Both the position numbers and the translations under genes were made by a program. Of a stretch of 64,000 nt of DNA, positions 47,635 to 60,099 are shown piece after piece. The stretch is taken from assembly GCA_002269645.1 (NCBI GenBank), contig NIVC01002482.1:62001-126000 (forward strand). The letters run 5' to 3'. The DNA comes from Macrostomum lignano (taxonomy: Eukaryota). The stretch's first letter is position 1, and each line of letters starts with the position of its first letter. The notes beneath the pieces were generated by a model. The model was not told the origin of the DNA and ran no database searches. It worked only from the letters and a program-made list of their open reading frames with translations.

Positions 47635-48929
47635 AGTATCCCGCTGGAAAATAGGGCAGGATTTCGGTTTGGATTTTTTTAATTTCGGCCAGATATTCTC
47701 TGCATCTGTTCAGTGGGAGAATATCCGGTCGTTTCTTTGGATAAGTGACGCCAACTTTACATATCCGGATGCTTTGTTCGGATATTGTAGTTCTGTATCC
47801 GGACGAAACATCTGGATATGTACATTGAATCCAGACGTAAGTCCGGAAATGTATCCGGCTATAAGGCCGGATTGAAGCCACATATCCAGATGTTTCATCC
47901 GGATATCACGTCTTTATCCGGACGAAACATCCGAATATGTGCATTGAATCTGTACGTAAGTTCGGAAATGTATCCGGCTATAAGGCCGGATTGAATGTCC
48001 ATTTTTATCCGGACGAAACATCCGAATATGTGCATTGAATCTGGACGTAAGTCCGGAAATGTATCCAGCTATATCGTGCCGATTTTCACATTAATTTAGT
48101 TTTCCAAAGGATAATGCAGCATAATCTGCTGTTTCGCTCGTACAGATAGATTCTGTTAATTCAAATGAATAAATTGTAGCAATTCTTTTGTGCATTTTAG
48201 TTGACAAAAAGTTGTCACTATTATTTCTACATGCATACAATTTGCCTAAAAAATTACCTCACTATTATGACTAGGAGACGTATATGTATACATACTATGA
48301 AAACCGATTACTCAAAAGTAAATATTCATCTATATTTTGCAAATCAATCTTGCTGCCTATTCAATATCTAACTGTATATCCATATCCTAATATTTCAACT
48401 TGTTTAGCTAACAGCAATTTTACTACTTGATTAAAGGGCAATAACTGAAAATAAAAAACTTAAGTCCAGTGTTCAAGTAGCTTTCATTGACATTGGTGCC
48501 GAATTGTATTTGCACACAAGAAAATTTCAGACACTTAATTTCAGGCATTGCAGATAAAATTTAGTCAGGTACAGTTGTAACTGGAAATTCAGTGACCACA
48601 TTAGCTCTCATGGACAGCTTTCTAAAATCCAGGGTTGATGTGAGCAAAAAATTGAAGAAGGCCATATATGCATTGAAAAAACAGTGCGGTAAGTATCCGA
48701 ACCAAGAGGTTTGGTATCCGGATGAAAAGTCCGGAAATTTTTGTCCGGATAAGTCATATATCCGGGTGATAATCCAGATATTCGTCCGGATACGACTTGT
48801 CCAGATATAGTTCGGATAAAATGTCATATCTGGACATATCTGGCCATTCATTCGGAAAAGTGCCCCTATCCGGATCTAGATACGCTATATCCGAACCAAA
48901 TATCCGTCCCTATTTTCCAGCAGGATGCT
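47635..48929. mobile_element. Non-autonomous DNA element with ~40-bp imperfect TIRs and TCCGGA-rich subterminal arrays
   Basis: ATCCCGCTGGAAAATAGGG at the left versus CCCTATTTTCCAGCAGGAT at the right; many (TA)TCCGGA motifs near both ends. No TSD identified. Confidence 0.7.
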
Positions 48930-49534
48930 AAGTCTAAGTTAAGTTTAGCTTATAAGATATATTTTGCTTGCTTTATTTTGTTTTAGGACCTAGTTAGAAA
49001 CCAAAATTGAACCTTTTATTACCTTATTTTAAGCTAAAGTAAAATCATTTAAGAAATTATAATAATTGCAAAAAAGAATGGAATAAATAATTCAACATTT
49101 TCACAGTTAAGTATATAGATAATTTAAACCTATATTTGATATAAATATGTAAAATACAATGGTAAAAATGTGAAAAGGGCTTTATATTCTAGTTTAGTTA
49201 GTCTAACCTATGCTTTCAAAGTTGAAAGCCACATGCTTATAATTTAACATAACTACATAAATAGAATTTGTTCAAAGCCCAACCAAAATCTTTTTATTTC
49301 ATAATCTTGACACAATGTATAGGTACATTAAATAATGGAATCAGTGAGCAATGTCTACCAAAAACTATGTTAGCTATAAAAAATAATACGCTGCAAGCAA
49401 TCGAAAGTACTTAAAATATCAGTTAATGCACTGTCCAAAATATCTTGCTTTTCGATTGTTATGCAACAGATCAATTGAAATAATTTCGTTAATTTGCATT
49501 GAACAGATATAAAAAAGCAAAGTTTATTTACATG

Positions 49535-49717
49535 CAGTGGCGTAGCCAGGATTTCCTTCTGGGGGGGGGTCACACTCAGTCACAGGCTCACAGCGGCAAC
49601 CAGGGGTTTGTTATTTAAAATTACAAAAAATTAAGTTTTGAATTTTGAAAATTTGGCCTGGATCAGACGGCTTGGGGGGGGTCATGACCCCCATCAACAT
49701 CCTTGGCCACGCCCCTG
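49535..49717. mobile_element. Small hAT-type MITE
   Basis: TIRs CAGTGGCGTAGCCAGG / CCTTGGCCACGCCCCTG; 8-bp TSD TTTACATG / TTGACATG (1 mismatch). Same TIR class as 15238-15818. Confidence 0.8.
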
Positions 49718-50832
49718 TTGACATGAACTACAAAGCCAAGAAAGAAGAATCCTCTTGCAATGCAATGAAAGAATTTAAATGTGGCATTCCACGCGTAATT
49801 AAATTGTGCATCAACAACAGATACATTAAGATCATATGCTAAGAAATTGACGGCCTCTAAAAGAACTGATTTATTTTTTGAGAGTCCTTACATTAGAAAT
49901 ATATTTTACTTATAGTTTACTGGTTTAATATTTTTTTGTTTAAACTATTTTCCGTGATAATAAAACAAGTCTGCAGATTTGAACTACTAAGAACTTGTTC
50001 ATTCCTCAAAACCATAAGTTTAACCGACCGAAATCGTAGTTGTCAATCAGAGATAAACCTATTATTAATCTGACTATAAAGTACCAACAAATAACATCAA
50101 CAAAGTACAACATTGTTGTAACTCTGTATAATAACTGTAACAGTAAATGTTATAGAGTGTCTAAAGAATTACATAGATAAACATACCGTCGAGCTTTTCT
50201 CACCGAGATTTGCCGCAGTAAAATTTTTCCGCGGGTGATTTGCCAGCCGAGACTTGCCCGCAATGCTTTTTCCTGATGTACATCACTAAACCCCAAAATT
50301 CATAAATATTTAAGCATTATTGCTATATAAATTGCTATATAGGATCGGGCCAATATTTTGTATGCTTAATGTGTTATGTAAATCTCATTATGATTTTTTA
50401 TGCAGATACATGTACATGTATAAGTTATGATTTGACATTATCTTATGCTTAAGATGATTTAATTTTTAGTTTATGCTCATCCATAATTATTGTCACATAT
50501 ATATGCTCATAGTAATTGTTTACTAAGCATTTCAGCTGTGGCTGCGTCTGGTATGTATACATAAATGTGTAGTACATTTCCAACATGTATAAATTAATGG
50601 CAAAGTTTAAAAATTAAAAAAAGATCATATTAATAGTTGAACTAGAACAGCTGTGAGCAATTTACAAAAGAACCGAATAGTGAGTGCTTTTGCGCTAAAG
50701 AATCTCTTTTATTACGTCATTTCATTTTGATTACGTTTACACGTATTATTACGTCATTATTAGAGTTACATTTGCACACTCAAAAAAAGCATTCATTCAA
50801 AAAGACAGACTTTTTGGCTGTTTTTACTCCAG

Positions 50833-51731
50833 TCATTTCTTTTGGCTCGCCTTGTCAGCATTCGCGTCCACAGCCGCTGGTCTGACGGAGGCAGCCAGCA
50901 CCTCGGGTGGCATGAAGTTTCCGGCCAGGATGCGCAGAAACTCCTGAAAGTCAATCTCACCGTCGCCATCTGTGTCGCAGTCGCGAATTATACCCTGCGC
51001 TTCGCCGTAGCCGCCTGTCAAGCCCAACGAGGACATGAATTCGGACAGCTCCTGGGGCCCCACTCGACCGGAGGAGTCGCGGTCGAATATGGCGAAGGCC
51101 CGGCGCAGGTCGTCCATGCAGCGGCCGCTGGCCATGTTGCGGCAGATCACCGTCATGAACTCCGGAAAGTCGATCAGGCCGTCGCCGTCGCTGTCCACAA
51201 ACTGCAGCATGGCCTGACAGACAGAGGTATACGAGCTTACATGCTTCTATACGTCTTAGTCGCAGTCCATTCTCTGCTCTATCTCCTCCCCCCACTCGCT
51301 CTATATACATCTACCTACTCTCCCCCCCCCAACAAACAATGTACATATCAGGCCGGCGCGGCAGTACGAGTTTATCCCCCTCTCATGATATTTAATCTTA
51401 TTCTGACCCTGTCATTCTCCGTCAATCTCTCCTTTTCTCCCAGCCTTCTCGCTCCCTCCATCTGCCTCTGGCATCCTGGCCTATATAGAGCTGTTTTCCC
51501 AAAACTGATGTCCAATGATCAGCTTAGGCATCTACGCAGAAAGAGAGCTCTCACATCCAGCTGCTGTTCGCTGACCCTGTAGCCGAACGTCTTCATCACG
51601 TGACCCAGCTCCGACCGCGATATGAACCCGTCGCCGTCCTGATCAAACAGAGCGAAGGCGTCGCGGAATTCTGCAATCTGCACGCCCTCGACGTCAACTA
51701 CGGGCGCTGAGGACTCTTTTCGTTTGGCCAT
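50833..51731 (-). CDS. Calmodulin-like protein with four EF-hands, 2 exons, ~185 aa
   Basis: Exons 51731-51555 and 51213-50833 (GT-AG, phase 0). Loops DQDGDGFISRSE, DSDGDGLIDFPE, DRDSSGRVGPQE, DTDGDGEIDFQE. Confidence 0.93.
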
Positions 51732-51812
51732 TGAAAAGTTTGAAGCCACCTGGGCTGACGCTGAGAGCTGTCGGTCTCTACCGCCAGGCCGCACACCGCT
51801 GTGCACACATTC

Positions 51813-51819
51813 TTATATA
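51813..51819 (-). promoter_or_regulatory. TATA box of the calmodulin-like gene
   Basis: TATATAA on the minus strand ~85 nt upstream of the ATG. Confidence 0.55.
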
Positions 51820-51941
51820 GCCTCACCCCTCTCTCTAGTTCTTTCCAGATTCTGCAAGCCTCTTGCGTGCTTCTTCATCTCTCAGCCTTCTCTCCCCCCT
51901 GTGCTCTTTCGCACAATGGCATCTCTGTACTCAGCTTCACT

Positions 51942-52375
51942 CACAGATTCTAGAATAGATAGGGCCACTCAGGCATATATACTTAGCAAAACAGCTTTCT
52001 ACTTTCAGTTCAGTAGCAAAGACGAATACATAAGCTATTTTACAAGAATAAAGGCAGCTGATGACTTTGATAAGTTTAGAAGCCCAAGCTTGCAGACGTA
52101 AACAGCTTGCTGATTGGTTCAGCCATAATGTACATTGGCCACTGAAATGTACATGGCAGTTCTTAGGCTGGAACAACCGAGGAAGGTAATAAAAATTGGG
52201 TGGCGGGGCAGAGGTAGAGGTTCTGTGTGGAGTTTGAGGGTTTAAGCTTAGGGGTAAGAGCCAATAAATAAGCCTTGTCTTTAAAAATACATTAAAATGC
52301 TTCAGTTTAACTTGCTACTGAACTGAAAGTAGCTTACACGCAAATGTGGCCCATCTAGTTATTCTAGCATCTGTG
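51942..52375. mobile_element. hAT-type MITE, copy B (inverted relative to 27153-27624)
   Basis: TIR CACAGATTCTAGAATA / TATTCTAGCATCTGTG; perfect 8-bp TSD GCTTCACT. Confidence 0.9.
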
Positions 52376-53029
52376 GCTTCACTCAGCCACACAGCCCGGG
52401 TCAGGCTATGAGCAGTCCACCAACTGTGTAACTCATAGGACATTTAAAATGAATGAAACTGAACAAAAATGACGGATTCAAAAATAATAAACTAATTAAG
52501 AATGCAGTATATGTGTTTAAAGTTATAGATCTAGTTCAGCGACTACAATTTCATTAAAATATATTAATTAAATCTAAACAAAATGAGTTATTAAAATTAA
52601 TAAATTCAACCTGATCATTGGAATCTGATGATAATGATTATTAAAATATAATTTTGGCAAATTGTTTTGTTAAGAAGATTGGCACTATCTTTTGTTAGAA
52701 CGGTTCCTGGTTGAAAGACTAATTTCGAATAAAAGAGACTAATAAAACTAAATTTTTGGATCGCTGCAAATGTCTACATGGCAAGCTAGGGAGGGAAAAG
52801 CGGCTAGAGAGAGAAATTAAAATAACTGCAAAAATACTATTGATAGTATTAATAAAAACATGCATAGAAAACATAAAAATAAAATGCTGGATAAGTGTGT
52901 CATAGTGCTCATGGCATTTTAACAGCGATTCCCTATCTGCATGGGATGGTAGTTTAGTTCGACCCGTAAAAGGAGTATGCAGTGCAAGCTTTCGTCTTCA
53001 AATGTCCTTGTTTACGTATTGTTCTCATA

Positions 53030-53235
53030 GATGATTGGGGTGCACATGGGGTGGGTGGTGTTCTCATGATCAGGTGATTGGGGTGCACATGGGGTGGGTG
53101 GTGTTCTCATGATCAGGTGATTGGGGTGCACATGGGGTGGGTGGTGTTCTCATGATCAGGTGATTGGGGTGCACATGGGGTGGGTGGTGTTCTCATGATC
53201 AGGTGATTGGGGTGCACATGGGGTGGGTGGTGTGA
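53030..53235. repeat. 43-bp tandem repeat (~4.5 copies)
   Basis: GATTGGGGTGCACATGGGGTGGGTGGTGTTCTCATGATCAGGT period. Confidence 0.93.
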
Positions 53236-53697
53236 TAAGTGGGTGGTGTGTTGGTGTGATAGGTTGGTGGTGTGAGCATGATAATATAAAACAGAAGCAG
53301 GCCACAGCAAACAAAAAGCGACGAATAGCCAAACAGAAACTCAAGCATCGGGAAGAGTTCGAACAGGTGTGACAGCCAATCAGAAGCGGCTGGTGCCGAA
53401 TTGATGCCACCGTTGCAGCACTGGCCAATCAGAGAGCTGGCGTTGTAAGCGCGGCAGGCCGGCACCGACAATTGGGACACGCTAATCAGTGTTTCCATGA
53501 CAATCGAGCAGGAGACAGGCTCGAACGTAGGCGTTTTTACGTCTGGACTCATCTGGACGGACACGCAGTCACCAACGCCTGCTTGAACTCTAAAAAATAA
53601 GGTGTGTCAGAAAATTTCTAGGATTGAACTCATCAATATTAGCAGCAAAAGTCAAGCAGAAGTCTCCATTGAGTTGAATGCACCTTTCTATCCTTAT

Positions 53698-53850
53698 GAG
53701 GGTTTGGAGGGGTAGGGAGTGAGGGGTTTGGAGGGGCAGGGAGTGAGGGGTTTGGAGGGGCAGGGAGTGAGGGGTTTGGAGGGGCAGGGAGTGAGGGGTT
53801 TGGAGGGGCAGGGAGTGAGGGGTTTGGAGGGGCGGGAAGTGAGGGGTTTG
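53698..53850. repeat. 24-bp G-rich tandem repeat (~6 copies)
   Basis: TGAGGGGTTTGGAGGGGCAGGGAG units. Confidence 0.93.
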
Positions 53851-54279
53851 AAAAGCAGACATTAAGAGCAGCTTGGTGAATATTATATGGGTGAGCTAGG
53901 ATGACAGGAAGTCAATTAAAGGAAGTCAAACGAAAACCTACTTTCTTGACTAAGAATGCATTAGAGGAGAATTTACCTCTCCGCATCCACAGGCAGCCGT
54001 CCGCAGGTGCAGGCGTCCCCACTCGGCAGCCAGTAGACCAGCTGACTGCTCGTGTCACAATACGACATGGCCAGACGTACAGGCGAATCCAGTGCTCGAT
54101 CGATCGAACCAGATGAAAAGGCATCCGCGACTGAAAGTTTGTTGCTCGATAAAATTAAGCACTCCTCACACAACCCTTTTGCACTCTTACAGTCATAATT
54201 ATAGTATCCGTGACCCTCATTGAGACCCCTAGCACTCCTAATCATGTCACTACTAGCCTCTTAATGTGACTCTTAGCGC

Positions 54280-55360
54280 TTTTCCTGAGACCATTAGCAT
54301 CCTCTCCTGAGACCATTGGCATCTCTCCTGAGACCATTGGCATCTCTCCTGAGACCATTAGCACCCTCTACTGAGACCATTAGCATCCTCTACTGAGACC
54401 ATTAGCATCCTCTACTGAGACTATTAGCATCCTCTACTGAGACCATTAGCATCCTCTACTGAGGCCATTAGCATCCTCTACTGAGGCCATTAGCATTCTC
54501 TACTGAGACCCCAGCTCTCCTGAGACCCCAGCTCTCCTGAGACCCCAGCTCTCCTGAGACCCCAGCTCTCCTGAGACCCCAGCTCTCCTGAGACCCCAGC
54601 TCTCCTGAGACCCCAGCTCTCCTGAGACCCCAGCTCTCCTGAGACCCCAGCTCTCCTGAGACCCCAGCTCTCCTGAGACCCCAGCTCTCCTGAGACCCCA
54701 GCTCTCCTGAGACCCCAGCTCTCCTGAGACCCCAGCTCTCCTGAGACCCCAGCTCTCCTGAGACCCCAGCTCTCCTGAGACCCCAGCTCTCCTGAGACCC
54801 CAGCTCTCCTGAGACCCCAGCTCTCCTGAGACCCCAGCTCTCCTGAGACCCCAGCTCTCCTGAGACCCCAGCTCTCCTGAGACCCCAGCTCTCCTGAGAC
54901 CCCAGCTCTCCTGAGACCCCAGCTCTCCTGAGACCCCAGCTCTCCTGAGACCCCAGCTCTCCTGAGACCCCAGCTCTCCTGAGACCCCAGCTCTCCTGAG
55001 ACCCCAGCTCTCCTGAGACCCCAGCTCTCCTGAGACCCCAGCTCTCCTGAGACCCCAGCTCTCCTGAGACCCCAGCTCTCCTGAGACCCCAGCTCTCCTG
55101 AGACCCCAGCTCTCCTGAGACCCCAGCTCTCCTGAGACCCCAGCTCTCCTGAGACCCCAGCTCTCCTGAGACCCCAGCTCTCCTGAGACCCCAGCTCTCC
55201 TGAGACCCCAGCTCTCCTGAGACCCCAGCTCTCCTGAGACCCCAGCTCTCCTGAGACCCCAGCTCTCCTGAGACCCCAGCTCTCCTGAGACCCCAGCTCT
55301 CCTGAGACCCCAGCTCTCCTGAGACCCCAGCTCTCCTGAGACCCCAGCTCTCCTGAGACC
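54280..55360. repeat. Compound minisatellite: a 22-bp unit grading into the 17-bp unit (CTGAGACCCCAGCTCTC)n
   Basis: TACTGAGACCATTAGCATCCTC units to ~54500, then ~50 perfect 17-bp units. Confidence 0.97.
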
Positions 55361-55739
55361 CTCGGTGAAGCAGTGCATTTCAAGCGATCAGTAAGCCAGC
55401 TAGTTGCAAATCCAGTGACTCACAGGCGGCAGAAATACGCTGAACTTCAGCCAGGCTTGATATCGCAGCCGCCTGGCCCAGCCTGCTGGTTCGTCTCTGA
55501 GCATAGCAACCAGATCCTGACCGCACCAGCCCGCGGCCGCACTGTGCCAACGTGTGGAACATCGCCCGCAGCTGGTAGCCGGCCACAGAGTCAAGCTTGA
55601 CCCAATCTGACCCGGTAAACTCGATGATCAGCTGGTCAGAACTGAGGGGCAAAATGCGCGATTGCAAAAAAGTAACTTCCGTTAGTGTTTAAAGCGATAC
55701 CGAAAAAGCGTTGATTCGTGACTTTTTACTCTTAGTCCT

Positions 55740-55741
<2 letters not shown>

Positions 55742-55788
<47 letters not shown>
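55742..55788. repeat. (CT)n microsatellite
   Basis: Direct reading. Confidence 0.95.
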
Positions 55789-55790
<2 letters not shown>

Positions 55791-56100
55791 GTGCAGCCGA
55801 CAGCTCAGCCGCAGCTATTGCGCGCACTAAGAAAGGTCGGGGGTTCAATTCTTGACCCACTCGGAACAATTTGAGTCCTTGAGCGAAACACTTAACTCTG
55901 CATTGCTTCAGTTCAACCCAGCTGTAAAATGGGTGCCAGCATTAGCTGGGGGGTAATTGAGGGTGTGGCGACCCCCCAGTCCTTGGACTGAACAGCCGTA
56001 CGCAGCCTTCAGATGCGCCGCGCAATAGCTGCGGCTGAGCTGTCGGTTGCACATCTGGCCCAATCAGGACGGGTGTAATCAATTATTGTTATTATTATCA
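55791..56100 (+). mobile_element. 5'-truncated family-B SINE capped by an inverted copy of its own 3' segment
   Basis: 55830-56030 matches 27760-27950; (TTA)-like tail near 56085-56100; 55791-55824 is the reverse complement of 56019-56052 (1 mismatch). Confidence 0.8.
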
Positions 56101-56773
56101 TTAAGTGCGTCAGTAGTGTTACTATTAGTACCATACCAGTTTTGTTGCGCAAACAGTCCAATTTTAAAATAACAGTTTTCAAAAAACGGTAATTCCCAGT
56201 GGGAAATTCTGGTACGCCCAAGGGTGCGCAGACCGCGGCGCCCGGTGGCCTGTGGCCGGTAGCGGGGCGCACTCTTTGTCCAGTCGGGGCGCCGGCCTTA
56301 TACCCGGCGCCCGGTGGACTGCCCAATAAATTAAGGCAAGAATTGGTTTACTCTACTAACAGTAGTATGCAGGGCTTTTACTGATATATTTTGCTCTGGC
56401 AGCAGCCTAGCTTTCTGGTTGTTTCAAAATTGAATTTATTTCCAAATAATTTTCAGAGCTATCTGATTTTTTTAAGCAATTGTCTCTTCCATTATAAATT
56501 TAAACAACCTTGCTGCTACCTGCTTACGAAGTTTGCCTTTTGTAAATTTTTTTGCAGTTCTTTAGAAAATTAGTTTGAGTCTATGAATGAAATCGAATAA
56601 GAAACTTAAATGTAATGAAATTTGAATTTATTTAGCGAAGTTAAATGGAACTGATATTAAAACACAATATTAGAACGAAAAATAGTTAAGTTTTTGGCAA
56701 CAAAGGTGTTGAAAGAATGTCAGTTTTAAAATCATTTTGACAGCATTTACTCGTAAAATACGTGCTCTCATAA

Positions 56774-59735
56774 TTAGAAGATTTTAAATTGTCCATCATC
56801 CAGCTCTCGCTGATCTTCGGACCAGTTTGATCCACTTGATTCGGTTTCGTCATCAGATTCGAGAGAGCAGTCAGTGCGGTAGTTGGTTTTTGACTTTGCT
56901 GAACGGGGGCGATGGTTGTTCCGCTTTCGAGGCTGAGAATCCAACTGAATACTCGCTCGCTTTCTGGATTGGGAGCTCGGCTTTGCTGTCGCCGCTGGCG
57001 GCACTTCTCCCGCTGATAGTCGCGATGGTGTCTGTGACATTGGAAAGAAAACAAAAAATTACTGCATGCACATTTTATCTTACTGATAGTAGTATTTAAT
57101 GCTTAGCAATCATAGTATTCATCGTTCATTATTCAGTTTAGATACGTTTTTACTCACTAGGGAAAAAGAAGATGAATGGCTGTGTCTTTGCACGGCGCTG
57201 CCAGAAGCGGGACTTTGAGTCGCTGCCACCAAAGACCGTCTTTGCACGGCGCTGCCAGAAGCGGGACTTTGAGTCGCTGCCACCAGAGATCGTCTTTGCA
57301 CAGCGCTGCCAGAAGCGGGACTTTGAGTCGCTGCCACCAAAGACCGTCTTTGCACGGCGCTGCCAGAAGCGGGGCTTGGAGTCGCTGCCACCAGAGACTG
57401 TCTTTGTACGGCGCTGCCAGAAGCGGGGCTTGGAGTCGCTGCCACCAGAGACTGTCTTTGTACGGCGCTGCCAGAAGCGGGACTTTGAGTCGCTGCCACC
57501 AGAGACTGTCTTTGTACGGCGCTGCCAGAAGCGGGGCTTGGAGTCGCTGCCACCAGAGACTGTCTTTGTACGGCGCTGCCAGAAGCGGGGCTTGGAGTCG
57601 CTGCCACCAGAGACTGTCTTTGTACGGCGCTGCCAGAAGCGGGACTTTGAGTCGCTGCCACCAGAGACTGTCTTTGTACGGCGCTGCCAGAAGCGGGGCT
57701 TGGAGTCGCTGCCACCAGAGACTGTCTTTGTACGGCGCTGTCAGAAGCGGGGCTTTGAGTCTGGACTCCGGAAAGCAGCTGGCTTCCTGTGCGATGCGAC
57801 CGCCCCTTTAATCGGTCACCGCCATGCTTTAGCTGCTGTCTGCAAGTATTTCTTACAGATTGTTCAGAGGGCCTGCCGGCTTCAGCGGTCGCGCCATAGA
57901 TGAATGTGATTGCTTCTGTTAGGAAAAAAGTTGAAAGTTACTATGAATAGCATGCACTGTGCTCGACTAATTTCTTGATATTTAGCTCTAAAAGTCTCAT
58001 TGAACGTTGATTAAGTAGACTTACTTTGGAAATGGCTGAGCAGAGTGCTCTGAAATCCAAGCTGCGCATCAGTAAGGTTGGTCGCAACTCCAGCAGCAAC
58101 AGCTCGGCTTCGCATGTCTGACCCGATTAAATTAATAACCGCCTGCATCTCTTTCGACAAGCTCTCGTTAAGCATTGCCATTAAAGCATCGGACCACTTG
58201 TCTCGCTTGCATGAACGTAGCAGGCTCTTCTGTTTAGATTTTTACAGGTGAGAATACTTATAGATTATTATTTCAGTGATAGTACTAGTGCGCTTTGAGT
58301 AGTAGTTAGAGCATTTCTTCTAATGAAAAGAAAATAAAAAACTCTGTCATGAACTTACCAAAGTAGAAATATGTTCATTTGGACTGGAAGCGAATTGCAC
58401 ATATTTTTCCCAGGAGTTGATCGGCCAGAATGAAGGCTCAGAATTATCAGTTGGAATGTCAGCGCCAACAGGTTCCAAAAAGCGTAGCACGCTCTGCACT
58501 TCAGTGCGCATTGCGGTGATTTGTTTGGTCAAACTATTTTCTAATGCTTTCAATTCATTCTTGCGCATAGTAAGTTCGCGTAGGGCATATAAGGACAGAA
58601 ACTTGATGCCTCTTGGACTTTCCAGCTCAAAGCTAACACCGGCTTGGATCTGCTCTTCTAGTTTTCTAAGAAAGCCAGAACCAAAATTAAAAGATGAAAT
58701 GGTGGGAGGCGACTTAGGAATCGTCGATCGATCATCTGCTACGAACTCAGCTTCTATTTCAGCTTCCGCCTCAGCTTCCACCTCAGCTCCCATCTCAGCT
58801 TCCACCTCAGCTTCCGCCTCAGCTTCCGCCTCAGCTCCCATCTCAGCTTCCACCTCAGCTCCGATCTCAGCTTCCACCTCATCTTCCGCTTCAGCTTCCG
58901 CCTCAGCTTCCACTTCAGCTTCCGCCTCAGCTTCCACTTCAGCTTCCGCCTCAGCTTCCGCCTCAGCTTCCATATCGGCGTCTACGCCAGCTTCTGCTTC
59001 ATCATCACTAATAGGAGGCATTGGCGCTAACTGTGCAATCGTAGGCGGATGTTGTTTAGGCAGCAAAGCTGGAGGTTGCAAACAGCGGCTGCTCTTATCT
59101 TCGAAGATTGCCTCGGAATCGGTGGCTGAGCCGTCTGACAGATTCTGTTTGGGATGGTTACGGCATGAGAAATTATCAAGTTAATGTCAGTTTTAAAGAT
59201 TATTTTCACATTTAATTTCTTCCCTTTTCTTAAAAAATAGTTTAAAAGGTAAAACGGAGAAAACAAAGTTCTCGATAAAAATTATATGGGCTGTGCTTAA
59301 TTTTACCTTAGTCTGGTAATGCCTTCGTGCTTTCTTCATGTCACGCTCCTGAAAGACTCTGGGTTGAACCAACTCGAGAATTCGGTTCAGTCGGGTCTTT
59401 TTGGCCACCAATTCACGCACAAAGCGGAAGCTCCCAGGCTCTAGGTTGTTGCTTAGTATTACCTTTAAATTAATGAGAAAATATGAGCGTACAAATATTA
59501 GATCGATTCAAGAATTTTAACATTTCAATCGTTGGGATCGGTTGCTTACCTGAATAATTAGAGCAGAGTAAAAACAGCCTTCATACAAGGCTTCACACTT
59601 CCACTTCTCAGTGGAGTCCCTCTTTTCTAACCATTCCTCTTCCTTAAGGTTTTGAAAGCCTTCAGGAAGCTTCACTTCGCTTTCCGAGACCTCAACAATT
59701 TGACGGTCGTCTTTAAAGATCACTAAAAACTTCAT
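56774..59735 (-). CDS. Transposon accessory protein, BEN/DUF4806-like, 6 exons, ~782 aa
   Basis: Exons 59735-59550, 59462-59307, 59144-58359, 58229-58025, 57915-57158 and 57031-56774 are all GT-AG with consistent phase (2349 nt). It has EAEAE tract, coiled coil, and BEN-like C-terminal motif [15 protein letters not shown]. The domain name is an inference. Confidence 0.72.
57175..57765. repeat. 57-bp minisatellite (~10 copies), in frame within exon 5 of the accessory gene
   Basis: Encodes [18 protein letters not shown]-type repeats on the minus strand. Confidence 0.93.
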
Positions 59736-60099
59736 TGTAGCATGCAGACTAGACTATGCTAGTGCAAAACTGAGTACCAAATAAAGCAAGAGTTTGGAGC
59801 TCACACTATAGTTTATGCTTATTTAATGATTCAGTGGTTTAGGTTGCTTCTAGAAGCAATTGTCTTCTATAGTTCTTCGAATGAAAAAGGCCGCCCTGGC
59901 TTTTCCAATTTCATTGGCCCTACCGTCCCCGCATCCATACCTGTCCAATCAGCGCGCACAAACCCCCAAAGGAGTAGTTTTCAATTCTTCCCAGCTTTTG
60001 TTCATATCCTTTCTTTAATACGAAATAAGCAATCGTAGTAATTACTTTATTATTATTACAACAGTCAACTATCATCAAAGTCTGATTCGGACGAAAACA

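Noticed and set aside
54490-55383. 297-aa and 292-aa ORFs
   Set aside because: Translation of a 17-bp non-triplet satellite.
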